A stretch of DNA of 64,000 nt. It comes from Clostridia bacterium. GTDB taxonomy: Bacteria > Bacillota > Clostridia > Acetivibrionales > JAFADI01. The notes under the pieces were generated by a model. It saw nothing but the letters and a program-made list of their open reading frames with translations, was not told where the DNA came from and searched no databases. Where the stretch lies: NCBI GenBank assembly GCA_026417615.1, contig JAOACY010000032.1, positions 638 through 64,637 on the forward strand. The letters run 5' to 3'. Below, piece by piece: positions 1 through 9,626 of the stretch. Position 1 is the stretch's first letter. Each line of letters begins with the position of its first letter. Made by a program: the position numbers and the translations under genes.

Positions 1-14
1 GTTATTGTCATTTT

Positions 15-455
15 CTAATGCAAGCTTTTCAATATTACAACCTTATTCCCCTTTTTATTAAACTTAACTCTATCACACAGCTTGTTTACAATGAGTATAC
101 CTCTTCCTGTTTCCTTCATATCAAAAATATCACATTCTTGATGAGCCGACATGGAAGCCTTCATTGCAAATGTATTATAGTCATGGCCTTCGCCCTCGTC
201 TTCAACGCTAATAAAAACTTTTCCGTCGTTGGTAACACCGGCACGCACCTTGACCTCTTTATTATAATTCTCTCTATTTCCATGCTTTACAGCATTTGAT
301 ATAAGCTCACTTAATATTACCTTAAGTTCAAAAACACTGCTGTCATCAATCAATCCATATATATCTTCAAGATAGCGTATTACTTCTTTAACCGCAGGAC
401 ATATATTGTCAACACCGCTTCGGATGCTGCATTTGAATACTTTTATAGTTCCCAC
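15..455 (-). CDS. RsbW/SpoIIAB-family anti-sigma serine kinase (GHKL ATPase); extra copy downstream of the sigma gene
   Basis: 146-aa ORF (GTG start) with N-box SNAVKHGN, G1 EDEGEGHD and G2 ETGRGILIV. It lies 83 nt downstream of the sigma gene on the same strand. Confidence 0.75.
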   Translation of the reverse strand: MGTIKVFKCSIRSGVDNICPAVKEVIRYLEDIYGLIDDSSVFELKVILSELISNAVKHGNRENYNKEVKVRAGVTNDGKVFISVEDEGEGHDYNTFAMKASMSAHQECDIFDMKETGRGILIVNKLCDRVKFNKKGNKVVILKSLH

Positions 456-538
456 ATCAATTTCCGCCTTATAAAGTATTTATATGAATACAATACCCAC
501 ATAAGCTTTATCGTAAACAACAGAAATCAAAGACGAAT

Positions 539-1303
539 TTATTTTCTTAAAATTGTACGGAACTTCTCCAGTATCTTTCTCTCCAGCCTGGATACGTACA
601 TTTGCGATACACCTAATTTATCCGCAATCTCTTTCTGAGTCCTGTTGCCGAAATATCTAAGCCTGATAAATTCTTTTTCAGCATCGTTGAATTTATCCAG
701 ACTTTTTTCAAGGAAGTCTCTGTTTTCAATACGTTCGAAAGACCCGTCCTCAGATCCTATAGTTTCATGCAGCTCAATGTCATCGTCAGAATAAACATTC
801 TGGTCAAATGACTGAAGATTGTAAGCATTGCCGGATTCAATAATTTCAATTACACTTTCTTCGCTGATATTCAGGTATTTTGCCACCTCATCAATCCTCG
901 GGGCCCTGTGAAGCTCCTGAGAAAGGAATTCCCTTGCATGATTAACCTTCTGGTATATCTCATAAATCCGCCTTGGGATTCTTATAACAGAGCCCTTATC
1001 CCTGAAGAATCTTTTTATTTCTCCAATTATGGTTGGTGTTGCAAAACTGACAAATTTTACTCCCTTATCAAGGCTATATCGTTCAACAGCCTTAATAAGG
1101 GCTATTGAAGCGACCTGATACAAATCTTCAAAATCTATGCCCCTGTTCACAAATTTCTTTGAGATAATGTCAGCAAGATAAAGATACTTGCTGACAATCA
1201 GGTTTCTATTTGCAGCACTTGGATCATTTCGGTAATTTATAAACAACTCATCATTTGAATCATTGGCACTGTAGCTTTCTACTTTTTCCAATTCCCGCCC
1301 CAT
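539..1303 (-). CDS. sigB: RNA polymerase sigma factor, SigB-like (SigB/F/G subfamily)
   Basis: 254 aa. The region 2/3 string FATPTIIGEIKRFFRDKGSVIRIPRRI closely resembles Bacillus SigB as I recall it. Region 4 HTH is KEIADKLGVSQMYVSRLERK. The gene sits directly after STAS and RsbW-like genes. Confidence 0.8.
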   Translation of the reverse strand: MGRELEKVESYSANDSNDELFINYRNDPSAANRNLIVSKYLYLADIISKKFVNRGIDFEDLYQVASIALIKAVERYSLDKGVKFVSFATPTIIGEIKRFFRDKGSVIRIPRRIYEIYQKVNHAREFLSQELHRAPRIDEVAKYLNISEESVIEIIESGNAYNLQSFDQNVYSDDDIELHETIGSEDGSFERIENRDFLEKSLDKFNDAEKEFIRLRYFGNRTQKEIADKLGVSQMYVSRLERKILEKFRTILRK

Positions 1304-1305
1304 AT

Positions 1306-1686
1306 CTAGCTGTCCCCTTTTAGCGCTATAGACATAGACATCAGATAACTGTTATTGCTGCAGAACTCAACCTCATCCATAAGGGCATTAATTATTGAAA
1401 CTCCCAATTTCTCGCCCTCACCCTCAAAAATACACCTTAGTGACTTGTCTTCACAATCGAATACAATATTCAGCTTGTCCACAGAAACATTGAATACTAT
1501 TTTGTAGCTTTGTACAGAATTGCTTCCCTTTTGAACAAGCTTGTTGCAGACTTCAGCAAGAGCTACCTTTATATCTTCTATGGTTTCTATATCAAAGCCC
1601 ATTCTGTTTGCAACGCCCGATACCGCCAATCTGGCCAAGCTTACATACTCTGCCTTCAATGGCAGTAAAAGTTCAATACAATCCAT
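1306..1686 (-). CDS. RsbW-position anti-sigma factor-like protein with degenerate ATP-binding motifs
   Basis: The N-terminus (LPLKAEYVSLARLAVSGVANRMGFDIETIEDIKVALAEVC) aligns to RsbW. The N-box reads CNKLVQKG (no His), and no DxGxG G1 box is present. The likely start is the MDCIELL ATG at 1686 behind GAGGAG; the ORF track extends to 1719. Confidence 0.65.
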   Translation of the reverse strand: MDCIELLLPLKAEYVSLARLAVSGVANRMGFDIETIEDIKVALAEVCNKLVQKGSNSVQSYKIVFNVSVDKLNIVFDCEDKSLRCIFEGEGEKLGVSIINALMDEVEFCSNNSYLMSMSIALKGDS

Positions 1687-1690
1687 ATTT

Positions 1691-2008
1691 TCACTCCTCG
1701 ATAACAAACACCTTGTCAAGGCCGGTAATTACAAATAGCTTCTTGATGTTTTCCTTAAGCTTGGTGATTATTATTCTCTTATTATTCTGCTTTGCCTTTT
1801 TGAGAGCGCCGACAAATATCCCCAGCCCAGTGCTGTCAATATAGTTCAGCTCAGAGCAGTCAAATATTATATCCTTTTCTGAAGAATCAACAATTTCATA
1901 TAGCTTTTCCTTAAGCCCTTGGGATGAATAAATATCAACTTCACCTGATATATAAATGCATGTCCCCTCTTGCTTGTTTTCCTGTCTTAATTTCAACTCA
2001 CCCGACAT
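1691..2008 (-). CDS. STAS-domain anti-sigma-factor antagonist (RsbV/SpoIIAA family)
   Basis: 105 aa with a conserved phospho-serine motif YIDSTGLGIFVG. A GGAGGGGGA RBS precedes the ATG. Confidence 0.85.
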   Translation of the reverse strand: MSGELKLRQENKQEGTCIYISGEVDIYSSQGLKEKLYEIVDSSEKDIIFDCSELNYIDSTGLGIFVGALKKAKQNNKRIIITKLKENIKKLFVITGLDKVFVIEE

Positions 2009-2033
2009 AGTTTCCCCCTCCTGCTATGCACAA

Positions 2034-2888
2034 TTATTTTTGTAAAAGCTTTAAAAACTTTAGTGCATTATTCATATGCTTTGAGTTTACCTTGAGAGCT
2101 GCTATTTTTTTTTCGTCAATACTCTTTATATCCTGCAGCAATTTGCTGTTGCTGGCATCAAAACCATATAAATGCTCTTCCTCGTTCTCGCCCGCTTTCA
2201 ATATGAAATCCTTATTATCATTTTTGTCTATTCCCAGTTCGTTCACCATGGAGTCCAGACTCATAAATGCTCCTGACTTGGCATACTTGTTAAAGTTCTC
2301 TCTGTCAAGTATGAAAACATCAATATCTCCAGCAGCCATAAGTGTTACCAATTTCATCTGCATTGCGTAGGCCTGTTGCCCGTCCAGCTTCTCTGAAAGT
2401 ATAATATGATCCAGGCTGATTTCATTTAATTCAGGCAGCTCTGCTTTGAATTTTTGTCTCAAATCCTCTGTGTCCTGGATATAAAGGTCACCTGCAACAA
2501 CAATGCTTAGCTCAGGCTCAACCCTGTTCACTATGGAATAAACAAAATACCCTGCTAAAAGCACTGATGCCAGCACAGCTATAATGTGAAACTTATAATA
2601 ATAGAGAAAGTTTCTGGCTTTGTATTCGTCTATTCCCATCATTTTGAACAAGTAGCCTGATAAAGTGTTGCTTGGAGGCAGTTCTCTTTCCTCAGGCTCT
2701 CCGGTACTGTATCCCATAAGTGTGTTATAAGCTTTATTTATTTCGTCAATGTTTATCCCGGGATCCTCGCCGTTTGCCTTACTGATCCTTATCTTTTTCA
2801 AAAGAATATCATATCTTTTTATTATTTCATCCTTGTCTGCGCCCTCTTTGACCCCAAGGATTTCGTATGCATTCCTAAGGTCCTGCAT
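2034..2888 (-). CDS. J-domain-like membrane protein lacking the HPD motif
   Basis: N-terminus AYEILGVKEGADKDEIIKRYDILLKK is J-domain helix I/II-like, but no HPD tripeptide follows. One central hydrophobic helix (HIIAVLASVLLAGYFVYSIV) is present. Confidence 0.6.
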   Translation of the reverse strand: MQDLRNAYEILGVKEGADKDEIIKRYDILLKKIRISKANGEDPGINIDEINKAYNTLMGYSTGEPEERELPPSNTLSGYLFKMMGIDEYKARNFLYYYKFHIIAVLASVLLAGYFVYSIVNRVEPELSIVVAGDLYIQDTEDLRQKFKAELPELNEISLDHIILSEKLDGQQAYAMQMKLVTLMAAGDIDVFILDRENFNKYAKSGAFMSLDSMVNELGIDKNDNKDFILKAGENEEEHLYGFDASNSKLLQDIKSIDEKKIAALKVNSKHMNNALKFLKLLQK

Positions 2889-2909
2889 ATCAATCCCCCC
2901 TGTAATTGC

Positions 2910-4403
2910 TTATTTAATAGGTTTCATTGTTGGGAACAGCAGCACGTCCCTGATGGAATATGAATCAGTCAGCAGCATTATAAGCCTGTCAACACCTATG
3001 CCCAGTCCACCCGTTGGAGGCATGCCGTATTCCAGTGAATTAATAAAATCATCGTCCATCATGTTTGCTTCCTCATCGCCTGCTTCCCTCTTCTTCATTT
3101 GACTGACAAATCTCTCCTTCTGATCAATAGGGTCATTCAGTTCAGAGTATGCGTTGCCCATCTCTCTGCCAGTAATGAATATTTCAAACCTCTCAGTGAG
3201 CTCAGGCCTGTCAGGCTTTCTCTTTGTAAGAGGAGAGACTTCAACCGGGTAATCATAAATAAAAGTCGGCTGAATGAGATGCTCCTCAGCAAACTCTTCA
3301 AACATAAGGTTTAAAACCTCACCCTTGGTCGGCTTCCCATCGATATGCACCTTTTTTTCTTTAGCTATGTTTCTGGCCTCTTCATCTCCCGAAACAAGAT
3401 CAAAGTCAATTCCAGAGTATTTCTTGACAGCTTCCGTCATAGTCATTCTGTTCCAAGGAGGAGTCAAATCAATTTCCTGGCCCTGGTAGGTAACCTTTGT
3501 TGTGCCAAGCACCTCCTGTGCTACTGTAGAAACCATGTTCTCAGCAAGCTCCATCATCCCCTTGTAGTCAGTATAAGCCTCATACACTTCCATCATTGTG
3601 AATTCGGGGTTGTGCTTGGGTGACATTCCCTCATTTCTGAACATTCTGCCCAACTCGTAGACTCTCTCAAGGCCGCCTACTATGAGTCTCTTCAAGTACA
3701 GCTCCGGAGCAATTCTTAAAAACAGGTCTATATCCAACGTGTTATGATGCGTAACAAAGGGTCTGGCAGCCGCTCCTCCTGCTATTGTGTTAAGCAGAGG
3801 AGTATCCACCTCCAAGAATCCCCTGTTGTCAAGGTATTTCCTGATTGCGCCAATTATTTTGCTTCTGATAATAAAGGTTTTTCTTACTTCCGGATTTACA
3901 ATAAGATCAACATATCTTTGTCTGTATCTTAGTTCTGTATCCTTCAAACCGTGCCATTTTTCGGGAAGCAGCTGAAGAGACTTTGACAGCAGGGTGATGC
4001 TGCTTGCTTTGATTGATATTTCGCCCTTATGCGTCCTGAATACCTCACCCTTTACTCCTACAATATCCCCTATGTCAAATTTTTTAAAATCTTCATAATT
4101 TTCAGTACCGATTTCATCAATTTTCACATAAAGCTGTATCCTGCCATCTCTGTCCTGAAGGTCGCAAAAGCTTGCTTTGCCCATGCCTCTCTTTGACATG
4201 AGCCTTCCGGCCAGCGATACCTGCTGACCTTCCATACGGTCAAAGTTTTCCAATATATATGCTGTATGATGAGTTACATCATATTTGACAATCTTGAAGG
4301 GATCCTTGCCTTGCTGCTGCAGCTCCAAAAGCTTAAGCCTTCTTACTCTTAAAATTTCATTTAAATCCTGTAACTCCTGGTTGTTTTCCAAATTCTCCGA
4401 CAT
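2910..4403 (-). CDS. lysS: lysine--tRNA ligase (class II)
   Basis: Class II core motifs ([29 protein letters not shown]) plus an N-terminal OB anticodon-binding domain. The likely start is MSENLENN at 4403 behind GGGAGG; the ORF track extends to 4433. Confidence 0.95.
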   Translation of the reverse strand: MSENLENNQELQDLNEILRVRRLKLLELQQQGKDPFKIVKYDVTHHTAYILENFDRMEGQQVSLAGRLMSKRGMGKASFCDLQDRDGRIQLYVKIDEIGTENYEDFKKFDIGDIVGVKGEVFRTHKGEISIKASSITLLSKSLQLLPEKWHGLKDTELRYRQRYVDLIVNPEVRKTFIIRSKIIGAIRKYLDNRGFLEVDTPLLNTIAGGAAARPFVTHHNTLDIDLFLRIAPELYLKRLIVGGLERVYELGRMFRNEGMSPKHNPEFTMMEVYEAYTDYKGMMELAENMVSTVAQEVLGTTKVTYQGQEIDLTPPWNRMTMTEAVKKYSGIDFDLVSGDEEARNIAKEKKVHIDGKPTKGEVLNLMFEEFAEEHLIQPTFIYDYPVEVSPLTKRKPDRPELTERFEIFITGREMGNAYSELNDPIDQKERFVSQMKKREAGDEEANMMDDDFINSLEYGMPPTGGLGIGVDRLIMLLTDSYSIRDVLLFPTMKPIK

Positions 4404-4542
4404 ATCTTTTGTTCCTCCCAAATAAAAAGGCAACTTTTACACCGAAAGTTAAATATCAGTAAAAAACAAGAACTGCTCCAATGACATGCTATCTTCTGTT
4501 CTCTGATATCTGTTCTCTTTGCAGTGTCCTCTTACATAAAAT

Positions 4543-4576
4543 CAACAGTTTACACTATTCTTAGCATAAACTGTTG
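4543..4576 (-). terminator. intrinsic terminator downstream of greA
   Basis: Perfect 10-bp stem CAACAGTTTA/TAAACTGTTG with a 14-nt loop. On the minus strand it is followed by ATTTTAT. Confidence 0.55.
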
Positions 4577-4621
4577 TACTAAAAACAATTATATATTAAT
4601 TCCAAAGCTAATTACAACATA

Positions 4622-5101
4622 TTATTTATGAATCTCCAATATTTTAAACTTAATCACTCCGGCAGGAACGGCTGCCTCAACAATTTCACCGATTTTCTTA
4701 CCCATAAGCGCACTTCCCACCGGTGATTCATTTGATATTTTAAACTTGGTTGGGTCTGCTTCGGTAGAGCCGACAATATAATACTCTACTTCCTCATCAA
4801 ACTCAAGATCAAGAAGCTTAACCTTGGAGCCAAGACTAACAGTGTCAGTCCTTACATCATCTTCATCAATAACCTTTGCGTTTTTCAGCATATTTTCCAA
4901 AACGACAATTCTGCCTTCCATTTGAGCCTGATCGTTTTTTGCTTCGTCATACTCGGAATTTTCAGATATATCGCCAAAGGCAAGAGCCTGCTTGATTCGT
5001 TCGGCTACCTCTCTTCTCTTGACTCCCTTTAAATACTCAAGTTCTTCCTCCAACTTTTTCAAGCCCTCGTAAGTCAATATGACTTCCTTGTTGTTAGTCA
5101 T
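4622..5101 (-). CDS. greA: transcription elongation factor GreA
   Basis: 159 aa with an N-terminal coiled coil carrying [14 protein letters not shown] and a C-terminal FKBP-like domain. Confidence 0.95.
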   Translation of the reverse strand: MTNNKEVILTYEGLKKLEEELEYLKGVKRREVAERIKQALAFGDISENSEYDEAKNDQAQMEGRIVVLENMLKNAKVIDEDDVRTDTVSLGSKVKLLDLEFDEEVEYYIVGSTEADPTKFKISNESPVGSALMGKKIGEIVEAAVPAGVIKFKILEIHK

Positions 5102-5241
5102 TCGGAGCCTCTCCTTTACAATTTTTTGTGATGATAATTATATGCATTTAAAGCTTTATAATACATACGTCTAATAATTTGTCTCTAAATGTCGAATTAA
5201 GTAGTTTCACGCTTAAAATACTCTATAAGCAATTTTAAATA

Positions 5242-5271
5242 ATTATAGAATACAAAAGTATTCATTGTCAA
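5242..5271 (-). promoter_or_regulatory. SigA-type promoter for greA (TTGACA-N18-TATAAT)
   Basis: On the minus strand: TTGACA (5266-5271), an 18-nt spacer, TATAAT (5242-5247). It lies about 140 nt upstream of the greA ATG. The spacer contains the palindrome GAATAC-TTTT-GTATTC. Confidence 0.6.
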
Positions 5272-5306
5272 GAAGAGTCTAACATACGCAAGTTCCATTT
5301 ATTGCA

Positions 5307-6266
5307 TCATTTGCCAACCATTATGCCTTTTGTTTTAATCAATGTCCTTCTTCCAACAAAACCGGAAATTGCATATCCGTCCTTCCGGAATTCATGAGCA
5401 AGCTTTTTTAGCACGCTGTTTTGTGCTTCGCCGGAAATCTTGTGCATCAAGATTATCTCAGCCAGCTGAAGACTGCCAAAAAATTCTCCCGCAATTTCCT
5501 TGGTCTCTCCTGCTCCCGACTTGGGAAACTTTATCTCTACACTATTTATTATTGTGTTCTCCGCAAAAGCTTTATCGGAATCAACCTGGCAAAAATTTAT
5601 AATTAATGCTTTGGGATTTATCCTGGAATTAATACCCATTCCCCCTAAATTTCCAAGATTTATAATAACATCGGCATTTTTCAGACCGCTTCTGCAATCT
5701 TCCGTTATTCCAACAGAAAGTCCGGTATCGGAATAAATTCTTTCCATTTCTTCTTCCAGTTCTTGTTTTCTGTCAGATATAACAGTTAAATATTTAATAT
5801 CTGAAGCAAGCATACCTACAATTTCAAAGAGCACCCTGTTATTCTGTCCATGGACAACGGCAATATCCAGACCGCCTATTTTTATACCTCTGCCGGAAAA
5901 TATTTCAATCAATATATATACCAAAAGGGCTTGATAAAGTGTCTGTCCGTTGTATTTTTGTCCTTTAAAATCCTTCAGCCAATCTAAATGTTCAAGCTTT
6001 TCAGTCAATATTACATTTTCCAGGCTTTTGTCCCTAACCAGGCTGTCCATATAATTCTTAAACCTCAAAATCTCTCCTTTTCTCAATTCATGAAGCTTTT
6101 CATATCCATAAGGCAATGTGACTAAAAAGCCTTTGCAGTTTTCCGAAAGACTGATTTCCTGCGTATAATCTTCAAATCTCTCCTTTTTAAATGATTCAAG
6201 CACTTTTGAAAGCAAGCTTGGCCGTGCAGACTCCTTCTTATATACAATCAACGAAAAGTTTCCCAT
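5307..6266 (-). CDS. conserved hypothetical protein (possible degenerate Rossmann-like C-terminal half)
   Basis: 319-aa ORF with coding-like composition and no motif I can assign. No GxGxxG is present. Confidence 0.5.
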   Translation of the reverse strand: MGNFSLIVYKKESARPSLLSKVLESFKKERFEDYTQEISLSENCKGFLVTLPYGYEKLHELRKGEILRFKNYMDSLVRDKSLENVILTEKLEHLDWLKDFKGQKYNGQTLYQALLVYILIEIFSGRGIKIGGLDIAVVHGQNNRVLFEIVGMLASDIKYLTVISDRKQELEEEMERIYSDTGLSVGITEDCRSGLKNADVIINLGNLGGMGINSRINPKALIINFCQVDSDKAFAENTIINSVEIKFPKSGAGETKEIAGEFFGSLQLAEIILMHKISGEAQNSVLKKLAHEFRKDGYAISGFVGRRTLIKTKGIMVGK

Positions 6267-6342
6267 CTTGATACCCTTTTACAATATAAATAGTAATATA
6301 TACTATTTAATATGGTTTTAAAATATGCATGCAAAGGGCATA

Positions 6343-6375
6343 TCAAAAGAAAAGACAGGTCTATGAAGACCTGTC
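6343..6375 (-). terminator. intrinsic terminator overlapping the guaB stop codon
   Basis: Perfect 8-bp stem GACAGGTC/GACCTGTC with a 6-nt loop. On the minus strand it is followed by TTTTCTTTTG. Confidence 0.65.
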
Positions 6376-7863
6376 GCTGTCCTTTAGGATAACATCATGA
6401 GCTCCTCCCTCTATGATGCTTGTCGCTGATACAAGTGTAATCCGGGCATTTTCATGTAGCTCCTTAATAGACTTGCTTCCGCAAGTACACATGGTTGCCT
6501 TTATTTTGCTTACGGTTATATCAAGGTTATCCTTTAGCTTTCCGGCGTATGGAACGTATGAATCCACGCCTTCCTCAAACTCAAGCTTCTGTGAGCCCCC
6601 CATATCGTATCTCTGCCAGTTTCTTGCCCTGTTGGAGCCCTCTCCCCAATATTCCTTAACATAATTTGCTCCTATTTTAAGCTTCCTTGTGGGGCTTTCA
6701 TCAAATCTTGCAAAGTATCTGCCAAGCATTACAAAATCTGCTCCCATTGCCAGAGCAAGCGTCATATGGTAATCATGCACAATGCCCCCGTCAGAGCATA
6801 TCGGCACATAAATCCCTGTTTTCTTGTAGTATTCATCTCTGGCGGCTGCAACTTCAATAACCGCAGATGCCTGTCCTCTGCCGATTCCCTTTTGCTCACG
6901 TGTAATACAAATGGAGCCTCCCCCAATTCCAACCTTTACAAAATCTGCTCCTGCTTCTGCCAGATATAAAAAGCCTTCCTTGTCAACTACGTTTCCTGCT
7001 CCGACCTTTACTTCCCCGTTATATTCCTTTTTAATCCATTCAAGAGTTTCTTTCTGCCATTCGCTGTACCCGTCGGACGAGTCTATGCAAAGTATGTCCG
7101 CACCGGCATCCACCAGGGCAGGCACTCTGTCCTTATAGTCTCTGGTATTGATTCCAGCGCCTGTAATCAGCCTTTTATTGGAATCCAGCAGCTCAAGTGG
7201 GTTCTCCTTATGACTGTCGTAGTCCTTTCTGAATACGAGATATACCAGATTCTGATTCTTATCAACAATAGGAAGACAGTTTAGCTTGTGATCCCAAATC
7301 ATGTCATTGGCTTCCTTGAGGGTAATACCTTCCGTGCCGTATATAAGACATGAAAAGGGCGTCATAAACTCACTGACCTTCTTGTCCAGAGGAGTCCTGC
7401 TCAAACGGTAGTCCCTGCTGGTAACAATGCCCAGAAGCTTCCCTGTCGGAGAGCCGTCTTCCGTAACAGCCATGGTAGAGTGACCCCTTCTTGCTTTTAA
7501 TTCGACTACATCTTTTAATGTGGCATCCGGTTTCAAATTTGAGTCACTGACAACAAAGCCGGATTTATACTTTTTTACCCGGCGAACCATCTCTGCCTGG
7601 CTTTCTACCGATTGGGACTGAAATATGAAAGATATGCCTCCGCTTCTTGCAAGCGCTATAGCCATGCCGTCATCAGATACAGCCTGCATAATTGCTGAAG
7701 CAAAAGGCAGATTTATCTCAAGAGAAGGCGTCTCTCCCTTCCTGAATTTGACTATTGGTGTCTTAAGGGACACATTGTCCACGGTACAATCCTTTGTGGT
7801 AAGGTTTGGTATAAGCAGATATTCATTAAATGTTCGTGATGGCTCATTGTAATAGTACGCCAT
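6361..7863 (-). CDS. guaB: IMP dehydrogenase (CBS-pair-containing)
   Basis: TIM-barrel catalytic loop [14 protein letters not shown] with an inserted CBS pair. The likely start is MAYYYNEP at 7863 behind AGGAGG; the ORF track extends to 7896. Confidence 0.88.
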   Translation of the reverse strand: MAYYYNEPSRTFNEYLLIPNLTTKDCTVDNVSLKTPIVKFRKGETPSLEINLPFASAIMQAVSDDGMAIALARSGGISFIFQSQSVESQAEMVRRVKKYKSGFVVSDSNLKPDATLKDVVELKARRGHSTMAVTEDGSPTGKLLGIVTSRDYRLSRTPLDKKVSEFMTPFSCLIYGTEGITLKEANDMIWDHKLNCLPIVDKNQNLVYLVFRKDYDSHKENPLELLDSNKRLITGAGINTRDYKDRVPALVDAGADILCIDSSDGYSEWQKETLEWIKKEYNGEVKVGAGNVVDKEGFLYLAEAGADFVKVGIGGGSICITREQKGIGRGQASAVIEVAAARDEYYKKTGIYVPICSDGGIVHDYHMTLALAMGADFVMLGRYFARFDESPTRKLKIGANYVKEYWGEGSNRARNWQRYDMGGSQKLEFEEGVDSYVPYAGKLKDNLDITVSKIKATMCTCGSKSIKELHENARITLVSATSIIEGGAHDVILKDSDRSS

Positions 7864-7972
7864 ATTTATCCTCCTAGGTACAATATATATCGCCATTTGC
7901 GGTAATATCTGAAATAATTTTAAAATGAATTTTATATCAATATGGATATTCTGTCAATAATAATGGGAGATG

Positions 7973-8034
7973 AAAAAATGGGGGACACTCCTCATTATTA
8001 TGAAAAACTTCCTGCTAAAGTGAAAAGTGTCCCC
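7973..8034 (-). terminator. possible terminator downstream of motB (long-loop hairpin)
   Basis: Perfect 9-bp stem GGGGACACT/AGTGTCCCC followed by a T6 run on the minus strand. The loop is unusually long (about 36 nt). Confidence 0.4.
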
Positions 8035-8043
8035 ACGCCTTAT

Positions 8044-8808
8044 TTACTTCTGGATCAGTATATCAATACGCCTGTTTTTTTGCCTGTTCTGGTCGGAATC
8101 ATTGGGTGCTATTGGTTTAAACTCCCCGTTGCCGGTAGCGGTAAGCTTTGTGGGCTTCAATCCGCAGTTGTTGACCAAAAACAGAACAACGTTGGTTGCC
8201 CTTTTCGTGGATAACTCCCAATTTGTCGGAAATAGATAAGTATTTACGGGAATATTGTCTGTATGACCCTGAACAATTATTTCATTATTAACACTTTTGA
8301 GCACCTCGCTGAGCTTTTGTAAGGCCACCTTCCCGGATTCCTTTATGTCTGCGCTTCCTAGGTCAAACAGAACGACAGAATCAACACGAAGAATGACTTG
8401 CTCATCCTCCTCCAAAACCTTGACCAGGTCATTGAGCTTAAGCTCATCGATGGCCTTTTGGAAGTCCTTTATCATTTTTTCGATTTTTTCTTTGCTATCA
8501 CCGCTTGAAGTATTTTTACTCACGTCATCATTTTTCTGAGAATTTTCATCAGAATCTGCAACATTTACCTGATCCATAACAGAAAATATTTCCTTGCCGG
8601 TATTATCCATAAACATTTCTCCATTACTCTTATGAGTCAGGCTTGATTTCAATGAAAAAGCCACTTCCTGAAACTTTTGCTTGTCAAGTACCGCCATGGA
8701 AAACAAAAGTATAAAGAAGGTAAGCAATAATGTTACAAGGTCGCTATAGGTGGTCATCCACTCGGGAGCTCCGCCTGATTCCTCTGCTTCAATTTTCTTT
8801 CTTGCCAT
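8044..8808 (-). CDS. motB: flagellar motor stator protein MotB (OmpA-like C-terminus)
   Basis: N-terminal TM segment with the conserved Asp (TTYSDLVTLLLTFFILLF) and a C-terminal OmpA/MotB peptidoglycan-binding domain (GHTDN...NRRIDI). Confidence 0.9.
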   Translation of the reverse strand: MARKKIEAEESGGAPEWMTTYSDLVTLLLTFFILLFSMAVLDKQKFQEVAFSLKSSLTHKSNGEMFMDNTGKEIFSVMDQVNVADSDENSQKNDDVSKNTSSGDSKEKIEKMIKDFQKAIDELKLNDLVKVLEEDEQVILRVDSVVLFDLGSADIKESGKVALQKLSEVLKSVNNEIIVQGHTDNIPVNTYLFPTNWELSTKRATNVVLFLVNNCGLKPTKLTATGNGEFKPIAPNDSDQNRQKNRRIDILIQK

Positions 8809-8831
8809 AACACACCTCCAACACTAAGCTT

Positions 8832-9626
8832 CTATGCCTCCGCTTTTTCACCAGCCTGAGCTGCCGCACGATTCCTTCTGTCAGGAGGAAGGAACAGCTT
8901 GAGCTTATGCTCCATAATCCTTGGATTCTCTCCGGCTTGAATAGACACAATACCCTCTATAATCATCTCTTTTATTCTGATTTCCTCATCACTCTTAAGC
9001 TTTAATTTGTTTGCGATAGGTATGCATACAAAGTTGGCAATTACACTTCCGTAAAAGGTGGTTATCAAAGCTACCGCCATGGCGGGACCAATCTTTGAAG
9101 GATCATTTAAAGCCTTTAGCAGGTTTATGAGCCCTATAAGTGTTCCTATCATACCCCAAGCCGGGAACAACGCTCCCATGGTCTTAAATATGGACTGGCC
9201 TTTGCCGTGACGCATCTGAATATTTTGAATTTCCAGATCCATGTACTCTCTTATTACTTCGGTTTCGATACCGTCAACAACCATCTGAAGGGACTGCTTA
9301 ATAAAATTGTCGTCAATTGTCTCAAGGTCTGCTTCCAGCGCAAGCAGCCCCTCTCTTCTAGCCTTGTCCGACATTTTTACGAGCATATTTATTGTAGACT
9401 CCGTATCAGCCTCTTTTGATATGAACGCTTTAATTACAACCTTCATAACCTTTGCAATTTCGCTGATTCTATAGCTGATCAGCACAGAGGCCATGCCGCC
9501 TCCTATAACAATAAATACCGAAGGGGTATCATAAAAATCCAGAAGACTTCCGCCCAGCAGTATTGATACAACCAGGCACACCATTCCCGCAGCAATTCCA
9601 ATAAGTGTCGCTAAATCCATAACCAT
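8832..9626 (-). CDS. motA: flagellar motor stator protein MotA
   Basis: 264-aa MotA/TolQ/ExbB-type channel protein (GPAMAVALITTFYGSVIAN) immediately upstream of motB. Confidence 0.9.
   Translation of the reverse strand: MVMDLATLIGIAAGMVCLVVSILLGGSLLDFYDTPSVFIVIGGGMASVLISYRISEIAKVMKVVIKAFISKEADTESTINMLVKMSDKARREGLLALEADLETIDDNFIKQSLQMVVDGIETEVIREYMDLEIQNIQMRHGKGQSIFKTMGALFPAWGMIGTLIGLINLLKALNDPSKIGPAMAVALITTFYGSVIANFVCIPIANKLKLKSDEEIRIKEMIIEGIVSIQAGENPRIMEHKLKLFLPPDRRNRAAAQAGEKAEA

Noticed and set aside
539-2008. Interpretation as the sporulation operon spoIIAA-spoIIAB-sigF
   Set aside because: The sigma region 2/3 sequence (PTIIGEIKRFFRDK..V.IPRRI) matches my recollection of SigB rather than SigF. 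The middle protein is short and lacks kinase motifs that SpoIIAB needs. No spoV or dacF-type neighbours are present. This is not excluded without a phylogeny.
4404-4621. T-box riboswitch or other leader upstream of lysS
   Set aside because: The region is largely occupied by the greA terminator. I could not find a specifier-loop/T-box (AAUUAGGGUGGUACCGCG-like) sequence, and what remains is too short.
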